Source: Gammaproteobacteria bacterium AqS3
GTDB taxonomy: Bacteria; Pseudomonadota; Gammaproteobacteria; MEIF01; AqS3
Length of the DNA: 64,000 nt
Direction: 5' to 3'
Assembly (NCBI GenBank): GCA_001750645.1
Contig: MEIF01000004.1
Coordinates: forward strand, 1,455-65,454
Shown: in pieces, positions 49,888-59,908 of the stretch
Numbering within the stretch: the first letter of the stretch is position 1
How the letters are laid out: every line of letters starts with the position of its first letter
The notes under the pieces: generated by a model
What the model saw: only the letters and a program-made list of their open reading frames with translations
What the model was told of the DNA's origin: nothing
The model's database searches: none
Program-made: the position numbers and the translations under genes

Positions 49888-50916
49888 ATGAACTGGATCG
49901 TCAAACTGGTCAAAAGCAGGATGACCACCTTTGGGTTGATATTCGCTGTGGCGGTTCTCAGCCTGCGTGTCGGCTATGAGTTCAAGGAGGGAATTCGGAG
50001 CCTTGAGTTGGTCGATAAATGGCTCTCAAACCATGAACACGTCGGCGAGTTTAAGCAGGGGGAATACAGCGGGCGGGGCGTGCGAGTCCACTCTGACGGC
50101 TCCGAATATGTCGGCGAATTTAAAGACGGCAAAGAGCATGGGCAGGGAACTTGGACATTCGGCAATGGTGCTCGATATACCGGCGAGTTGAGTGATGGCA
50201 AATACAGCGGACAGGGAACCATAACCTTTGCCGACGGCGGCAAATACGTCGGCGGATTCAAGGACAATCAATACCACGGACGGGGAATTTTCTACTATGG
50301 CGACGGCAGGAAGTATGCCGGCGGATTCAAGGATGGTCGATATCATGGACGGAGCATTTTGCACTACGCCAATGGCGCCTCATACATCGGTGAATTTAAG
50401 GACGGCAGACGTCACGGGCAGGGAGTAGAAACATACAGCGATGGCGGAAAATATGAAGGCGAATTTCAATATGGAAACAGGCATGGTCAGGGGAAACTGA
50501 TCTTTCCAGATGGGGATGATTTCTTCGGAGAATATGTCGGCGGGTTCAGAAACGGTAAATATCATGGACAGGGGAAGGTTGTTTTTGCCGATAGCAAATA
50601 CACGGGCGAATTCCAAGATGGTTACTGGCACGGGCAGGGGACTCTGACCTACAACAGCGGCAGCGAGTATGTCGGTGAATTCAGGTATGGAAAGTTTCAC
50701 GGCGAGGGGGTTTACACCATCCAAGATGGTGGAAAGTACGTCGGCAGATTTCTTCGCGGCAAGTACTACGGTCAGGGAACTTTAACCTACGCCAATGGCG
50801 ATGAATATGTAGGCGAATTCGGGGATGGAACGCTCCACGGCAAAGGCGTCAAGACCTATTCTGATGGAAGAGTGGAGAAGGGCACTTGGGTATTTGGCGA
50901 GTTTCAGGGGGAGTGA
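49888..50916 (+). CDS. Membrane-anchored MORN-repeat protein 3 (12 repeats)
   Basis: Same architecture; 5' junction TTTCAACCATGAACTGGATC is identical to that of copy 2. Confidence 0.9.
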   Translation: MNWIVKLVKSRMTTFGLIFAVAVLSLRVGYEFKEGIRSLELVDKWLSNHEHVGEFKQGEYSGRGVRVHSDGSEYVGEFKDGKEHGQGTWTFGNGARYTGELSDGKYSGQGTITFADGGKYVGGFKDNQYHGRGIFYYGDGRKYAGGFKDGRYHGRSILHYANGASYIGEFKDGRRHGQGVETYSDGGKYEGEFQYGNRHGQGKLIFPDGDDFFGEYVGGFRNGKYHGQGKVVFADSKYTGEFQDGYWHGQGTLTYNSGSEYVGEFRYGKFHGEGVYTIQDGGKYVGRFLRGKYYGQGTLTYANGDEYVGEFGDGTLHGKGVKTYSDGRVEKGTWVFGEFQGE

Positions 50917-50965
50917 TTTTTTAGGGGCAGGGAATAGTGTAATCTGCGGTTCCCAGGTGCTTTGA

Positions 50966-51928
50966 TTATTTCATAGAGTTATATTTTTGCTCCAATAGGA
51001 ACATGACATAATCCAGCTGCTCTGGCTTTTTCAAACTGATTTTGTAGGTATATCCCACGCCATCTTTGTTGTTGAAAGTCCTCGTGCCTTCTTTTGCCAA
51101 GCGTTTGGGATCATCAACGGTGAAATACCTTTTCGACTTTTCGCCACTCTCTTTTATATTTCCTCTGTAAATCACGATGAAGATGTCAGATTTGCGAGGA
51201 TTTATATGGCATATATGGGCCTTGCCGCGTTTCCAAGAGATGTACACCTTGGTGGTTGAAAACGAAGTGTCTGGATATTCTTCCAAACGTTCCTTCAGCA
51301 AGTCCCAGAGCGGCTTCAGGCTCCCTCCAAATTTTTCGGTGTGGTCGTCTTCGGAAGGAACCTTCACCTGATCGGACACTTCTGACATCGCCGAATCGCT
51401 CTGAAAAGGCGACAGTTTTTCCATACTTTCATTGGAGTTTGATAGATGCTGTTCCAATGCAATCAACCCATCTTCAAACTGTCTGATCTCATACAGCTCA
51501 AAGGGAAAGTCCTTGAAATTGACGCTGTTCTTCTGGAACTTATTGAATGATTGGGATATGAATATCACGCGCGATGATTCCCAGTCGATTTCGCTCCGCT
51601 TTAGTTGCCTCCCCATTTTCTCGTTGTACTCGAGGATAAAGTCGGCCTTGTTCTCCAGCATTGCGGAGAGGTAGGAAAACCCTTGGTCGACTACCGATGA
51701 GTTACTGCCTTTCTTGTATTCCACGATCACAAATGACTTGCTCTCCAGGTCATAAGCCAAAGAATCCAAACGAAACTCACCGACGGCAAATCCAGAACTC
51801 ACAAACTCCAACCCAAGCAGCGCATCCATGTTCTGCTCGACAAGCGACTGGATGTTCTTCTTCAGCTTGAAGGAACCCTTCTCAATCGGCGTCAGTATTC
51901 CCTTGGCGTTCTTCTTAAACCACTGCAT
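50966..51928 (-). CDS. NucS/DUF91-like PD-(D/E)xK nuclease with C-terminal DUF5655-like domain
   Basis: FRLDSLAYD...FVIVEYKK...VVDQGFSY motif; GGAGG RBS before MQWFKK. The C-terminal assignment is less sure. Confidence 0.7.
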   Translation of the reverse strand: MQWFKKNAKGILTPIEKGSFKLKKNIQSLVEQNMDALLGLEFVSSGFAVGEFRLDSLAYDLESKSFVIVEYKKGSNSSVVDQGFSYLSAMLENKADFILEYNEKMGRQLKRSEIDWESSRVIFISQSFNKFQKNSVNFKDFPFELYEIRQFEDGLIALEQHLSNSNESMEKLSPFQSDSAMSEVSDQVKVPSEDDHTEKFGGSLKPLWDLLKERLEEYPDTSFSTTKVYISWKRGKAHICHINPRKSDIFIVIYRGNIKESGEKSKRYFTVDDPKRLAKEGTRTFNNKDGVGYTYKISLKKPEQLDYVMFLLEQKYNSMK

Positions 51929-52210
51929 GGATGGCCTCCCCAATACCGTGAAAACGTGTGCTGTGATCGATCTTGCACCCTGAGCAGCACCGCCCCAACC
52001 GCTCGGCTTCCAAGCGGGCGGGCATTGCAAGCGGCGCATTATATTGCCGCTGTTTGACATCTTTTAGCCGCTGTTTGGCCAGTCTGACCCCCGATTCACG
52101 TTCCGTAAACCACTGTTTTTGCGGTGCTTTTTGATGATGTGCTTCAGGGCGACCGTCTCAGCCGGGATGGTTGGGTCAATATTTCCGCCGATCCTCAGCG
52201 GCAAACCCTT

Positions 52211-52888
52211 ATGAAACTTTTGAACTGGATAGTGCGCTTCCTGCAAGACAGGACTGATGCATTTAAATTGGTGCTCGGCATTTTGATTGCAACCGTGGGC
52301 ACGCTTGGTGCGATCCATTTATTAGAGGAGCACCTGATTGAGCGGTGGTACGAGGGCGGTGAATATCGCGGCCAGTACAAAGACGGAGAGAGACACGGGC
52401 ACGGGGTTTTGCAGTTCCCCAAAGGCGCCAGATATTCCGGCAGCTTCCGTGATGGTCGCCCCGATGGCCAGGGGACTTTGATCCTCGAAAGCGGCTCAAA
52501 GTACGTCGGCAAATTCAAAGACGGCGAAATACACGGGAAAGGAACTTATAAGCTCAAGAACGGTGGACAATACATCGGTGAATTTAGAGATGGGGAGCTG
52601 CACGGCAGGGGAACCTTCATCTCCGGCGATGGCACCAAATACATCGGTGAATTCAGAGACAGCGACAAGCACGGGTGGGGAACATTCACCATCCCATCTG
52701 AGGCACAATATGTCGGCGAATTCAAGCGCGGAAGGATCTACGGCCAGGGCAGGCTCACCTTTTCCAGCGGCACCAGATATGTCGGCGGATTCAAGGATGG
52801 CGATTTTCATGGCGAAGGAACGCTCATACTCTTCGATGGAAGGGTGCAGAAGGGCACTTGGGTGGATGGAGAATATCAGGAGGAATAA
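52211..52888 (+). CDS. Membrane-anchored MORN-repeat protein 4 (7 repeats)
   Basis: LLNWIVR N-terminus, TM segment, 7 MORN repeats, KGTWVDGEYQEE cap. Confidence 0.88.
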   Translation: MKLLNWIVRFLQDRTDAFKLVLGILIATVGTLGAIHLLEEHLIERWYEGGEYRGQYKDGERHGHGVLQFPKGARYSGSFRDGRPDGQGTLILESGSKYVGKFKDGEIHGKGTYKLKNGGQYIGEFRDGELHGRGTFISGDGTKYIGEFRDSDKHGWGTFTIPSEAQYVGEFKRGRIYGQGRLTFSSGTRYVGGFKDGDFHGEGTLILFDGRVQKGTWVDGEYQEE

Positions 52889-52894
52889 TTTCAA

Positions 52895-53314
52895 ATGAAC
52901 ACAACGTCGCACAAAATCCTGTTCTTATGGTGTCTTTACGTCGGATTCTTCGGCTTGGTTCTCTCCGCCGCCGCCTTTGAGCTGACAGAGGCGCCGATAC
53001 ATTTGATCCTCTCAATCCTAAACTCCAACCCCTACGAGCTGGACAACAACATGAGATTCGGCCTCGGAATTCAGGGCTCGCTGTCCCTGGCGCTTGCCAT
53101 ATTTTTCTACGCCATTCTGAAGGCCGAGCAGCACTCGCCGCTGCCCAACTCGGTCTGGCGAACGGTGCTGCTGGGGCTGGCCGTTTGGTTCGTTGTGGAC
53201 GGCGTCATCTCCTACGCCACCGGCTACACGCTCAACATTCTCTCCAATGTCGTCATCCTGCTCTGGCTCGCCTGGCCGCTGTGGAAGGAGGGCAAGCTGG
53301 GTGGTTCCGGGTAA
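52895..53314 (+). CDS. Small 4-TM membrane protein
   Basis: Four hydrophobic segments, WFVVDG.IS...G...N motif; starts 6 nt after MORN4. Confidence 0.65.
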   Translation: MNTTSHKILFLWCLYVGFFGLVLSAAAFELTEAPIHLILSILNSNPYELDNNMRFGLGIQGSLSLALAIFFYAILKAEQHSPLPNSVWRTVLLGLAVWFVVDGVISYATGYTLNILSNVVILLWLAWPLWKEGKLGGSG

Positions 53315-53356
53315 TCCTCTGGGGTGGCGAGGCGGGGCAAGTAGATAGGAATAGAT

Positions 53357-56300
53357 CTAAGCAGCTATCAGATTCTCTGAAATTGCCTTCGCTTGTTGCA
53401 ATACTAATATCACAGTCTCTCTTTGTTGATCATCCGGGTAGCTGTATCTTCTCAGCAGTGCCCGGATCATTAGACGCATTTCTGCCATAACATTTTCCCG
53501 AACTGTCCAATCCACTGTATGCTTTTCGCGCAGTTTTTTCGCAATTTCACGCGCCAGCTCTACTAGAACCGCCTCTTCCATTAACTTTTGTGCGGATTGA
53601 TTCTTAGCAATGGCGTCATAGAAGGCTTCTTCATCTGCATCTAAGTTATAGCTATTCCTAAGCTTCAGATCTTCTTGGAACTGCTTTGCTATAGCGATCA
53701 TTTCTTCAATCACCTGGGCTGCTTCAATCACACGGTTGGCGTATCTATTAAGTGTTTTTGAGAGCAGCTCACTGAACTTGTTTTGCATGACCATGTTGGT
53801 TTTGAATCTGCTTCTCACTTCATCTCTTATCAGTCGCCGCAACAATTCAATCGCAAGATTCTTATGCGGCATATTCATGACCTCTCTGAGAAACTCATCT
53901 GAGAGTATGGAAATGTCTGGATTTTTTAGCCCTGCAAGTTTGAATACATCTGCGACGCCTTCCCCCACTATGGCTTGGGAGAGCAGTCGTCTCAAGTGAT
54001 GGTCAATATCGATCTCCTCATCTCCATCATCACTTCGGTCACCTTTGACCAAGGCGGCGCGAACTGCTTGGTGGAATGCTACTTTTCGGGACAATGCTAA
54101 AGCTTCATCCAATGTTCCGCAAAGTGCAAATGCCTTTGTCATTTGCAGGACGGCATCTGCATATCTTCGCTTGCCTTCATCTTGTTCAAGAATGCGGTCA
54201 AGGCATTCTGGGATTAACGCCAGTGCGCGGGTTTCAAATTGCTTCCAGTCCACTGGATGCAGAAGATCTCCTGCGACCTGGAGCTTTTCTTTAAGGATAC
54301 GCAGCGCCTCATTGGAGTCAATGATGGGGCGGCCTTTGCCTCTTGCCGTGCTGTAAGTTGACAATGCTTCTCGGAGTTGAGGAGCGATGCCGATATAGTC
54401 GACTATTAGCCCTCCCAGCTTATTGTGAAAAACGCGGTTGACCCGGGCGATTGCTTGTGCAAGGTTGGCCCCGTGCATTGGTTTGTCGACATACATCGTG
54501 GCCAGGCAGGGGACATCAAAACCAGTCAGCCACATATCTCGCACGATGACGATCTTGAGTTCATCATTCGAGTCTTTGAAGCGCTTTTCGAGATCCTTTT
54601 TTTGACCCTTATTGGAGTGATGTGGCTGTAAATGTGCTTCATCGGAAGCATCCGTAGTCATCACCACTTTGATCGCTCCCCCGGTGTGATCATCGGAGTG
54701 CCAATCCGGCTCCAATTCCACAATCTTTTCATATAGACGCACGCAGATATCACGCGACATTGTGACGATCAAAGCCTTGCCGGGTTGAGTTTTGCTGCGA
54801 TTTTTGTAGTGCTGTATCAGGTCTTCCGCAACTTCTTTTAGGCGTTCATCCGTGCCAACAACTGCTTCAAGAGCTGACCATTGTCTTTTGGCTTTTTCCT
54901 TTTCTCTCGGATTCGCCGATTCGCTGTCAAGGATGTCTTCGACTTCTTGGTCAACAACTGGTAATTCAGATTGAGCCAAGTCGATTTTGGCCAGTCTGGA
55001 TTCGTAGTAAATGGGCACCGTCGCACCATCATCAACTGCCTGTTGGATGTCATAGATGGACACATAGTTGCCGAAAACCGCCTGTGTATCGCGATCATTT
55101 TTCGAAATTGGAGTTCCTGTAAAGGCCAGGAAAGTTGCGTTGGGCAGTCCGTCCCTCAGTGATCTGGCAAGGCCGTATTTGAACTCGCCAGTCTCGCTGT
55201 CGAACTTGGCCTTGAAACCGTATTGGCTGCGATGGGCTTCATCCGCTATAACCACGATATTGTGGCGATCAGTTAGGACGGGGAATGTGTCCTCTTCAGG
55301 TTCCAGGCCAAATTTCTGAATGGTGGTGAAGATGATGCCGCCGGAGGGGCGGTTCATTAGATACTCCCGCAGTTCAGCTCGAGAATGTGCCTGCTTTGGC
55401 GTTTCGCTCAGCAATTCACCGGAATTGGCGAAGACACTGAATAGCTGGCCGTCCAGTTCTTGTCGGTCCGTAACTATCACAACAGTGGGGTTTTTCAGGC
55501 GAGGCTCTGCAATCAGACGGCCTGCCAGACATGCCATCTCAATGCTTTTCCCCGCACCTTGCGTATGCCACACAACACCGCCTTTTTTGTTGCCTTCTTG
55601 GGATGATGCGGACACAACACTCTCAACGGCTGACTGCACGGCATGGAACTGGTGGTAGCCGGCAATTTTTTTGTGGATGGCTCCCTCGTCTTCAAAGATG
55701 CAAAAGTAGCGCAGGTAGTTGAGGAAAATTTCTTTGTCGAACAGCCCTTTAACCAGGGTTTCAAGCTCTCGGTGCTTTCCAAGCGGATCGATCTCCTCGC
55801 CATCAATAGTGCGCCAGCGCATGAAGCGCTGCCTCTCTGCACTTAACGAGCCCAGACGAGCGTGGATGCCGTCAGAGATGACCAGGCAGGTGTTGTAGTT
55901 AAAAAGATCGGGAATGTCATTTTTGTAGGTTTGCAGCTGGTTGTATGCCTTTTTAATACAGGCCTGTTCATCTGCCGCATTTTTGAGCTCAATAACGGAC
56001 AGCGGCAGGCCATTCAGAAATACCAGCACATCGGGACGTCGCGGTTGTTTGTGCCCCTCAAGGGTGAACTGATTGACAACCAGCCAGTCGTTGTTTTCAG
56101 GGTTGTCAAAATCAATGATTTTGAGTTGCTTTCCGAGTTCCTGATTGTCTTCGTGATAGGTCACTTGGAGACCCCTGGTTAGCCACGAATGGATCTGACG
56201 GTTGCACGACATCAAGGCGGGAATATTTGGGTTGAGAATTTGGGACAGTGCAGAATTGATCGCTGTTAGGGGAATTTCGGGATTGAGTTGGGTAAGGGCA

Positions 56301-56458
56301 GAGAGCAAACGATCATGCAGAGTGACGGTTCGGTAGTCGGATCGTTCAGGAGCTTTACCGTCGTGCGCAATGTCAAATCCGCACTGATACTCATAGCCGA
56401 GTTCTTTAAAGAACTCGATGCATTGCTGTTCAACTTGGTCTTCAGTTATCAGTGCCAT
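53357..56458 (-). CDS. hsdR: Type I restriction enzyme R subunit
   Basis: RRPDV...IELK nuclease motif, WHTQGAGKS Walker A, DEAHRSQY, FTGTP, MWLTGFD, QAIARVNR. Confidence 0.96.
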   Translation of the reverse strand: MALITEDQVEQQCIEFFKELGYEYQCGFDIAHDGKAPERSDYRTVTLHDRLLSALTQLNPEIPLTAINSALSQILNPNIPALMSCNRQIHSWLTRGLQVTYHEDNQELGKQLKIIDFDNPENNDWLVVNQFTLEGHKQPRRPDVLVFLNGLPLSVIELKNAADEQACIKKAYNQLQTYKNDIPDLFNYNTCLVISDGIHARLGSLSAERQRFMRWRTIDGEEIDPLGKHRELETLVKGLFDKEIFLNYLRYFCIFEDEGAIHKKIAGYHQFHAVQSAVESVVSASSQEGNKKGGVVWHTQGAGKSIEMACLAGRLIAEPRLKNPTVVIVTDRQELDGQLFSVFANSGELLSETPKQAHSRAELREYLMNRPSGGIIFTTIQKFGLEPEEDTFPVLTDRHNIVVIADEAHRSQYGFKAKFDSETGEFKYGLARSLRDGLPNATFLAFTGTPISKNDRDTQAVFGNYVSIYDIQQAVDDGATVPIYYESRLAKIDLAQSELPVVDQEVEDILDSESANPREKEKAKRQWSALEAVVGTDERLKEVAEDLIQHYKNRSKTQPGKALIVTMSRDICVRLYEKIVELEPDWHSDDHTGGAIKVVMTTDASDEAHLQPHHSNKGQKKDLEKRFKDSNDELKIVIVRDMWLTGFDVPCLATMYVDKPMHGANLAQAIARVNRVFHNKLGGLIVDYIGIAPQLREALSTYSTARGKGRPIIDSNEALRILKEKLQVAGDLLHPVDWKQFETRALALIPECLDRILEQDEGKRRYADAVLQMTKAFALCGTLDEALALSRKVAFHQAVRAALVKGDRSDDGDEEIDIDHHLRRLLSQAIVGEGVADVFKLAGLKNPDISILSDEFLREVMNMPHKNLAIELLRRLIRDEVRSRFKTNMVMQNKFSELLSKTLNRYANRVIEAAQVIEEMIAIAKQFQEDLKLRNSYNLDADEEAFYDAIAKNQSAQKLMEEAVLVELAREIAKKLREKHTVDWTVRENVMAEMRLMIRALLRRYSYPDDQQRETVILVLQQAKAISENLIAA

Positions 56459-57836
56459 TAGATGCCAGCCTCTTCTAAGAGTGTTTCTGCATCCGGAATT
56501 CGGAGTTCGCCTGAGATGAGTTTGGGGAGCAGGGTGTTTCGCAACTTTACGAGTGCAGAGCTCTCTCTATGGCTTATTTCAATTCTTTCGAATAGAGGCT
56601 TTAAGAGGATGTGAAATATTTGAAATAAGTCATCAGGAGGAAGGATACAGCGCGTATTGAGAATGCTTTGGTTGTCAACTTTGGGATAGGCCGTGCCATC
56701 TGCCAGTCGGGACAGCCTGTCTATGTTTGTGTCAGAGCAGACACATAAATAGACAAATATTGCATAAATCTCTTGCTTTGGAGTGAGGACTGCAAAACCA
56801 GTGCTGCCCGTGAGGTACTCTCGCTGTATATACCCGAATGACTTATTGCCCGGGCGTACAGTCCCAACTATCGTGTCGTTTATTGAAAGAATTCTTCGCG
56901 CACTGCTTGGGGCATCTTTCCATTGGTATAAATCAGTCCCTAAAATGTTATTTTGTTTGATATTGCCCAGATTAAGAAAGTTAACTTCATTGGGATGGTT
57001 GTTCTTACGCCAACTGCTTTTGTTCAGTGTGGTTAACTCCTTGATAAAAGATAATTTCCAACCCTTTGGAATCCTGCCGATTTCTGAGTCCACAAACTCA
57101 GCGGGAAAGAGAACATCAATTTCATGCGGAAGCTTTGCAGATAATGCTTTCTTGTTATTTATATCGTCTGGCAGTTTGGAAGGGGGGGGAAGGATGGGTT
57201 TTTAGCTTTCGCATACACAGGATCGAAGTCAACAAACCATGATTTGAATATTGCTTTGGCAATCTCTTCAAGGACTGTGATCTTTTTTTGATTGTGCTCG
57301 ATTTTGTCGTCTAATGTGCCGAGGATATGAGCGATGGCTTTTTGAAGCTTAGAACTAGGAATTATTACTTCTATGGATTTTAGAACGCTCTTACTTATTT
57401 CTAAGAATGTGGAGCCGGAGGCATAAGATTTAATAGTTGGAGTTATATGCTTTAAAAGATAGTAAAAAAATTCCGGCTCATTTCCTTCTTGCAGGATTAA
57501 ATTTTTGAAACCTTGATTTGTGGCAACCTCATTTTTCGCAATGGCAATATAGCCAATAGGAGCTCTAGATGTAAATAAAACCGTATTCGGTGGTAATAGT
57601 TTTGCGGAACTTGAGTCAAGACCCTTCTGAGTAATAGAGCGTTCTCCATAACTGATATATCTTTCGTTATGAGAAGATAGATCTCTGGGAGTGATCCAGG
57701 ATATTTCACCGTTGTAATTTTCAGAATTTTTGGTTGATGGTGTTCCTCCTGAAATTATTGAGGCAATATCTCCTAACCTAACTTTATGCCACGTATCTGA
57801 CAGATGCCGCGTGGATTTGGGTATTGATGTCTTCAT
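56458..57836 (-). pseudogene. hsdS: Type I specificity subunit split by a frameshift at a C8 tract (ORFs 57159..57836 and 56458..57093); possibly phase-variable
   Basis: TRD1 (GGTPST, TSRAPIG, TNQGF, GSTFLEIS) with FKSWFVDFDPV. DSEIGRIPKGW-TRD2-LRNTLLPKLISGE follows in another frame. One extra C in the G8 run at 57182-57189 fuses the two. Confidence 0.85.
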
Positions 57837-58249
57837 TTTTCAGTGCTTATTGTTTTAAAAAATTGTTTTACACCACCAATGAATTCAGGAATTACACTTA
57901 TTATGTTCTCTGTCAATTCTTTATTAAAATGACCGGGCAGGTATTTCCTAAGTTCTCTATATAGCAAACACTGTTCAGAATCAGAATGAAGCATTCTTAA
58001 TTCATCTGCCCTTATAAATAATACCCTTGTGTCGGATACAGTCTCGCCGTATTCTTTTTCGATATAGGTTCGGAGCATCTTTTTAGTCGTTTCATAGCTG
58101 AGCTCAAACATCTTTATTAGCACCATGTCGGTACCAGTAGCATATATGTCACTGCTTGCAGCCGAGCCATCCTGCCATTCTTTCCAGTAACGCTCTGGAT
58201 TGGAATGGGCGCGTTGCATATTAATAAGATCTTTCATTGCTTGATCCAC
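57833..58249 (-). CDS. HI0074-type HEPN (nucleotidyltransferase substrate-binding) protein, divergent
   Basis: LIKMFELSYETTKKMLRTY helix as in the paralogue at 61471; RNxxxH is replaced by RKYLPGH. Confidence 0.65.
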   Translation of the reverse strand: MDQAMKDLINMQRAHSNPERYWKEWQDGSAASSDIYATGTDMVLIKMFELSYETTKKMLRTYIEKEYGETVSDTRVLFIRADELRMLHSDSEQCLLYRELRKYLPGHFNKELTENIISVIPEFIGGVKQFFKTISTEK

Positions 58250-59778
58250 TCAAGGTTTTTGGCTATGTGAGCATCTAGGCTCTTTTCTTTCTCTTGCAGG
58301 TCTTGCAATTCTTGGGTTAGCCGATCAATTTTCAAGTTATAAGGTTCATCATCTTCTTGTTCAGGGGCGGTTCCAACGTACCTTCCCGGAGTCAGCACAT
58401 ATTCGTGTTTTGTTATCTCTTCTAAGGCGGCTGACCTGCAGAAGCCTGGAATATCTTTGTAATTCTCGCCAGTCTTCCATGCCCGAACGGTTTCGCTGAT
58501 CTTGTCTCTATCCTCTTTGCTAAAGACCCGAAGAGTTCGTGTTTGCATGGTTCCAAGATTTCGAGCATCAATGAACAAGGTTTCATTGCATCTGTCCCGA
58601 CCATTTTTGGTTTTGTCATTGGTAAGAAACCAAAGGCATACTGGAATTTGAGTGTTTAGAAACAATTGTCCCGGCAATGCAACCATTGCCTCAACCACAT
58701 CATCACGAATCATTGCTTTGCGTATTTTGTTCTCACCGCTGGTGGCTGAGCTCATGGAGCCATTGGCCAAAAATACTCCAGCCTGACCTCCCGGTCGCAG
58801 TTTCCAAAGGATATGTTGCAGCCAGGCGTAGTTGGCATTGCCGATTGGCGGTCTGCCGAACCGCCAGCGAGGGTCACTCTCATATTTTTCACCGCCCCAA
58901 TCTGAAATGTTGAAAGGGGGATTCGCGAGGATGTAGTCAAACTTGAGGTCGGGGAAATGATCGCGAGCAAAAGTGTCGGCTGGCTCTTTGCCCAAGTCGG
59001 TCGAGAAACCCCGAATTGCCATATTCATCGCGGCCAACCGCCAAGTTGTCGGATTGCTCTCCTGTCCATAAATGGAGATATCGTTTGTACGACCGCCATA
59101 TGCTTTGATGAGTTCTTCGCTCTGGACAAACATCCCGCCCGATCCGCAACAGGGGTCATATACGCGCCCGGATGTGGGCGAAAGAATCGCCACAAGAATT
59201 TTGACCACATCTGAAGGAGTGTAAAACTGTCCGCCGTTTTGACCTTCTGCTGCTGCGAATTCTCCGAGAAAATACTCATAGACCTCACCTAGCAGATCGC
59301 CCTCATTGTAGTCCTTATTGAATCCGATAGTTGAGATAAGGTCAATCAACTCCCCTAAGATCCTGGGATCCAACATCGTGCGTCCAAAGCGTTTGTCCAA
59401 TTTCCCGCGCAAGGGAGGATTCTCTTGTTCAATCGTGGTTAAAGCAGCATCAACCAGGGCGCCGATATTCGGCTGTTTGGCTTTTTGTTTCAGTGTTTCC
59501 CAGCGCGCATCCTGCGGAACCCAGAACACATTATCCTTTGTGTAGTAGTCTCGCTCTTCAAGTTCTTTTTCGCATTCGGAAGGGTCTTTGCTGATGAAAT
59601 AGTTCGATGACGGTTCTGAAACCATATCCCACACCCTGCCTCTCTGCCTTGCAAAGGTATCGGAGATGTATTTGAGAAAGATCAGGCCGAGAACAATGTG
59701 CTTGTACTCGGCGGCATCCATCTGCCCGCGCAGCTTGTCAGCTGCCTTCCAAAGCTTTCGTTTGAAGTCGGAGGTCAT
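58234..59778 (-). CDS. hsdM: Type I DNA methyltransferase (m6A-type motifs intact)
   Basis: LWKAADKLRG, GQFYTP, YDPCCGSGGMF, ILANPPFN, LTPGRYVG. The ATG at 59778 matches the paralogue start and RBS. Confidence 0.95.
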   Translation of the reverse strand: MTSDFKRKLWKAADKLRGQMDAAEYKHIVLGLIFLKYISDTFARQRGRVWDMVSEPSSNYFISKDPSECEKELEERDYYTKDNVFWVPQDARWETLKQKAKQPNIGALVDAALTTIEQENPPLRGKLDKRFGRTMLDPRILGELIDLISTIGFNKDYNEGDLLGEVYEYFLGEFAAAEGQNGGQFYTPSDVVKILVAILSPTSGRVYDPCCGSGGMFVQSEELIKAYGGRTNDISIYGQESNPTTWRLAAMNMAIRGFSTDLGKEPADTFARDHFPDLKFDYILANPPFNISDWGGEKYESDPRWRFGRPPIGNANYAWLQHILWKLRPGGQAGVFLANGSMSSATSGENKIRKAMIRDDVVEAMVALPGQLFLNTQIPVCLWFLTNDKTKNGRDRCNETLFIDARNLGTMQTRTLRVFSKEDRDKISETVRAWKTGENYKDIPGFCRSAALEEITKHEYVLTPGRYVGTAPEQEDDEPYNLKIDRLTQELQDLQEKEKSLDAHIAKNLEWIKQ

Positions 59779-59836
59779 CTGAACGGCTCCCTGAGATGAC
59801 GTCTGCAGACGCAGAAGCCGGCATTTTACAGGAAGC
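59760..59836. repeat. Duplicated hsdM leader/promoter, copy B (copy A at 63424-63500)
   Basis: TCGGAGGTCATCTGAACGGCTCCCTGAGATGAC...ATTTTACAGGAAG vs TCGGAGGTCATCTGGACAGCTCCCTGAAATGAC...ATTTTACAGGAAG. Confidence 0.8.
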
Positions 59837-59908
59837 AGCCTCAGCTCCCTTTGACCCGCAGTCTCAAGCAATATGAGGGTTGTCAATGCTTTCCGGCATT
59901 AAACGACG

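Noticed and set aside
47607-52888. MORN repeats (69-bp period) as a CRISPR array or DGR target
   Set aside because: The repeats are in-frame coding units with degenerate third positions. Differences are not adenine-specific, and there is no cas or reverse transcriptase gene in the window.
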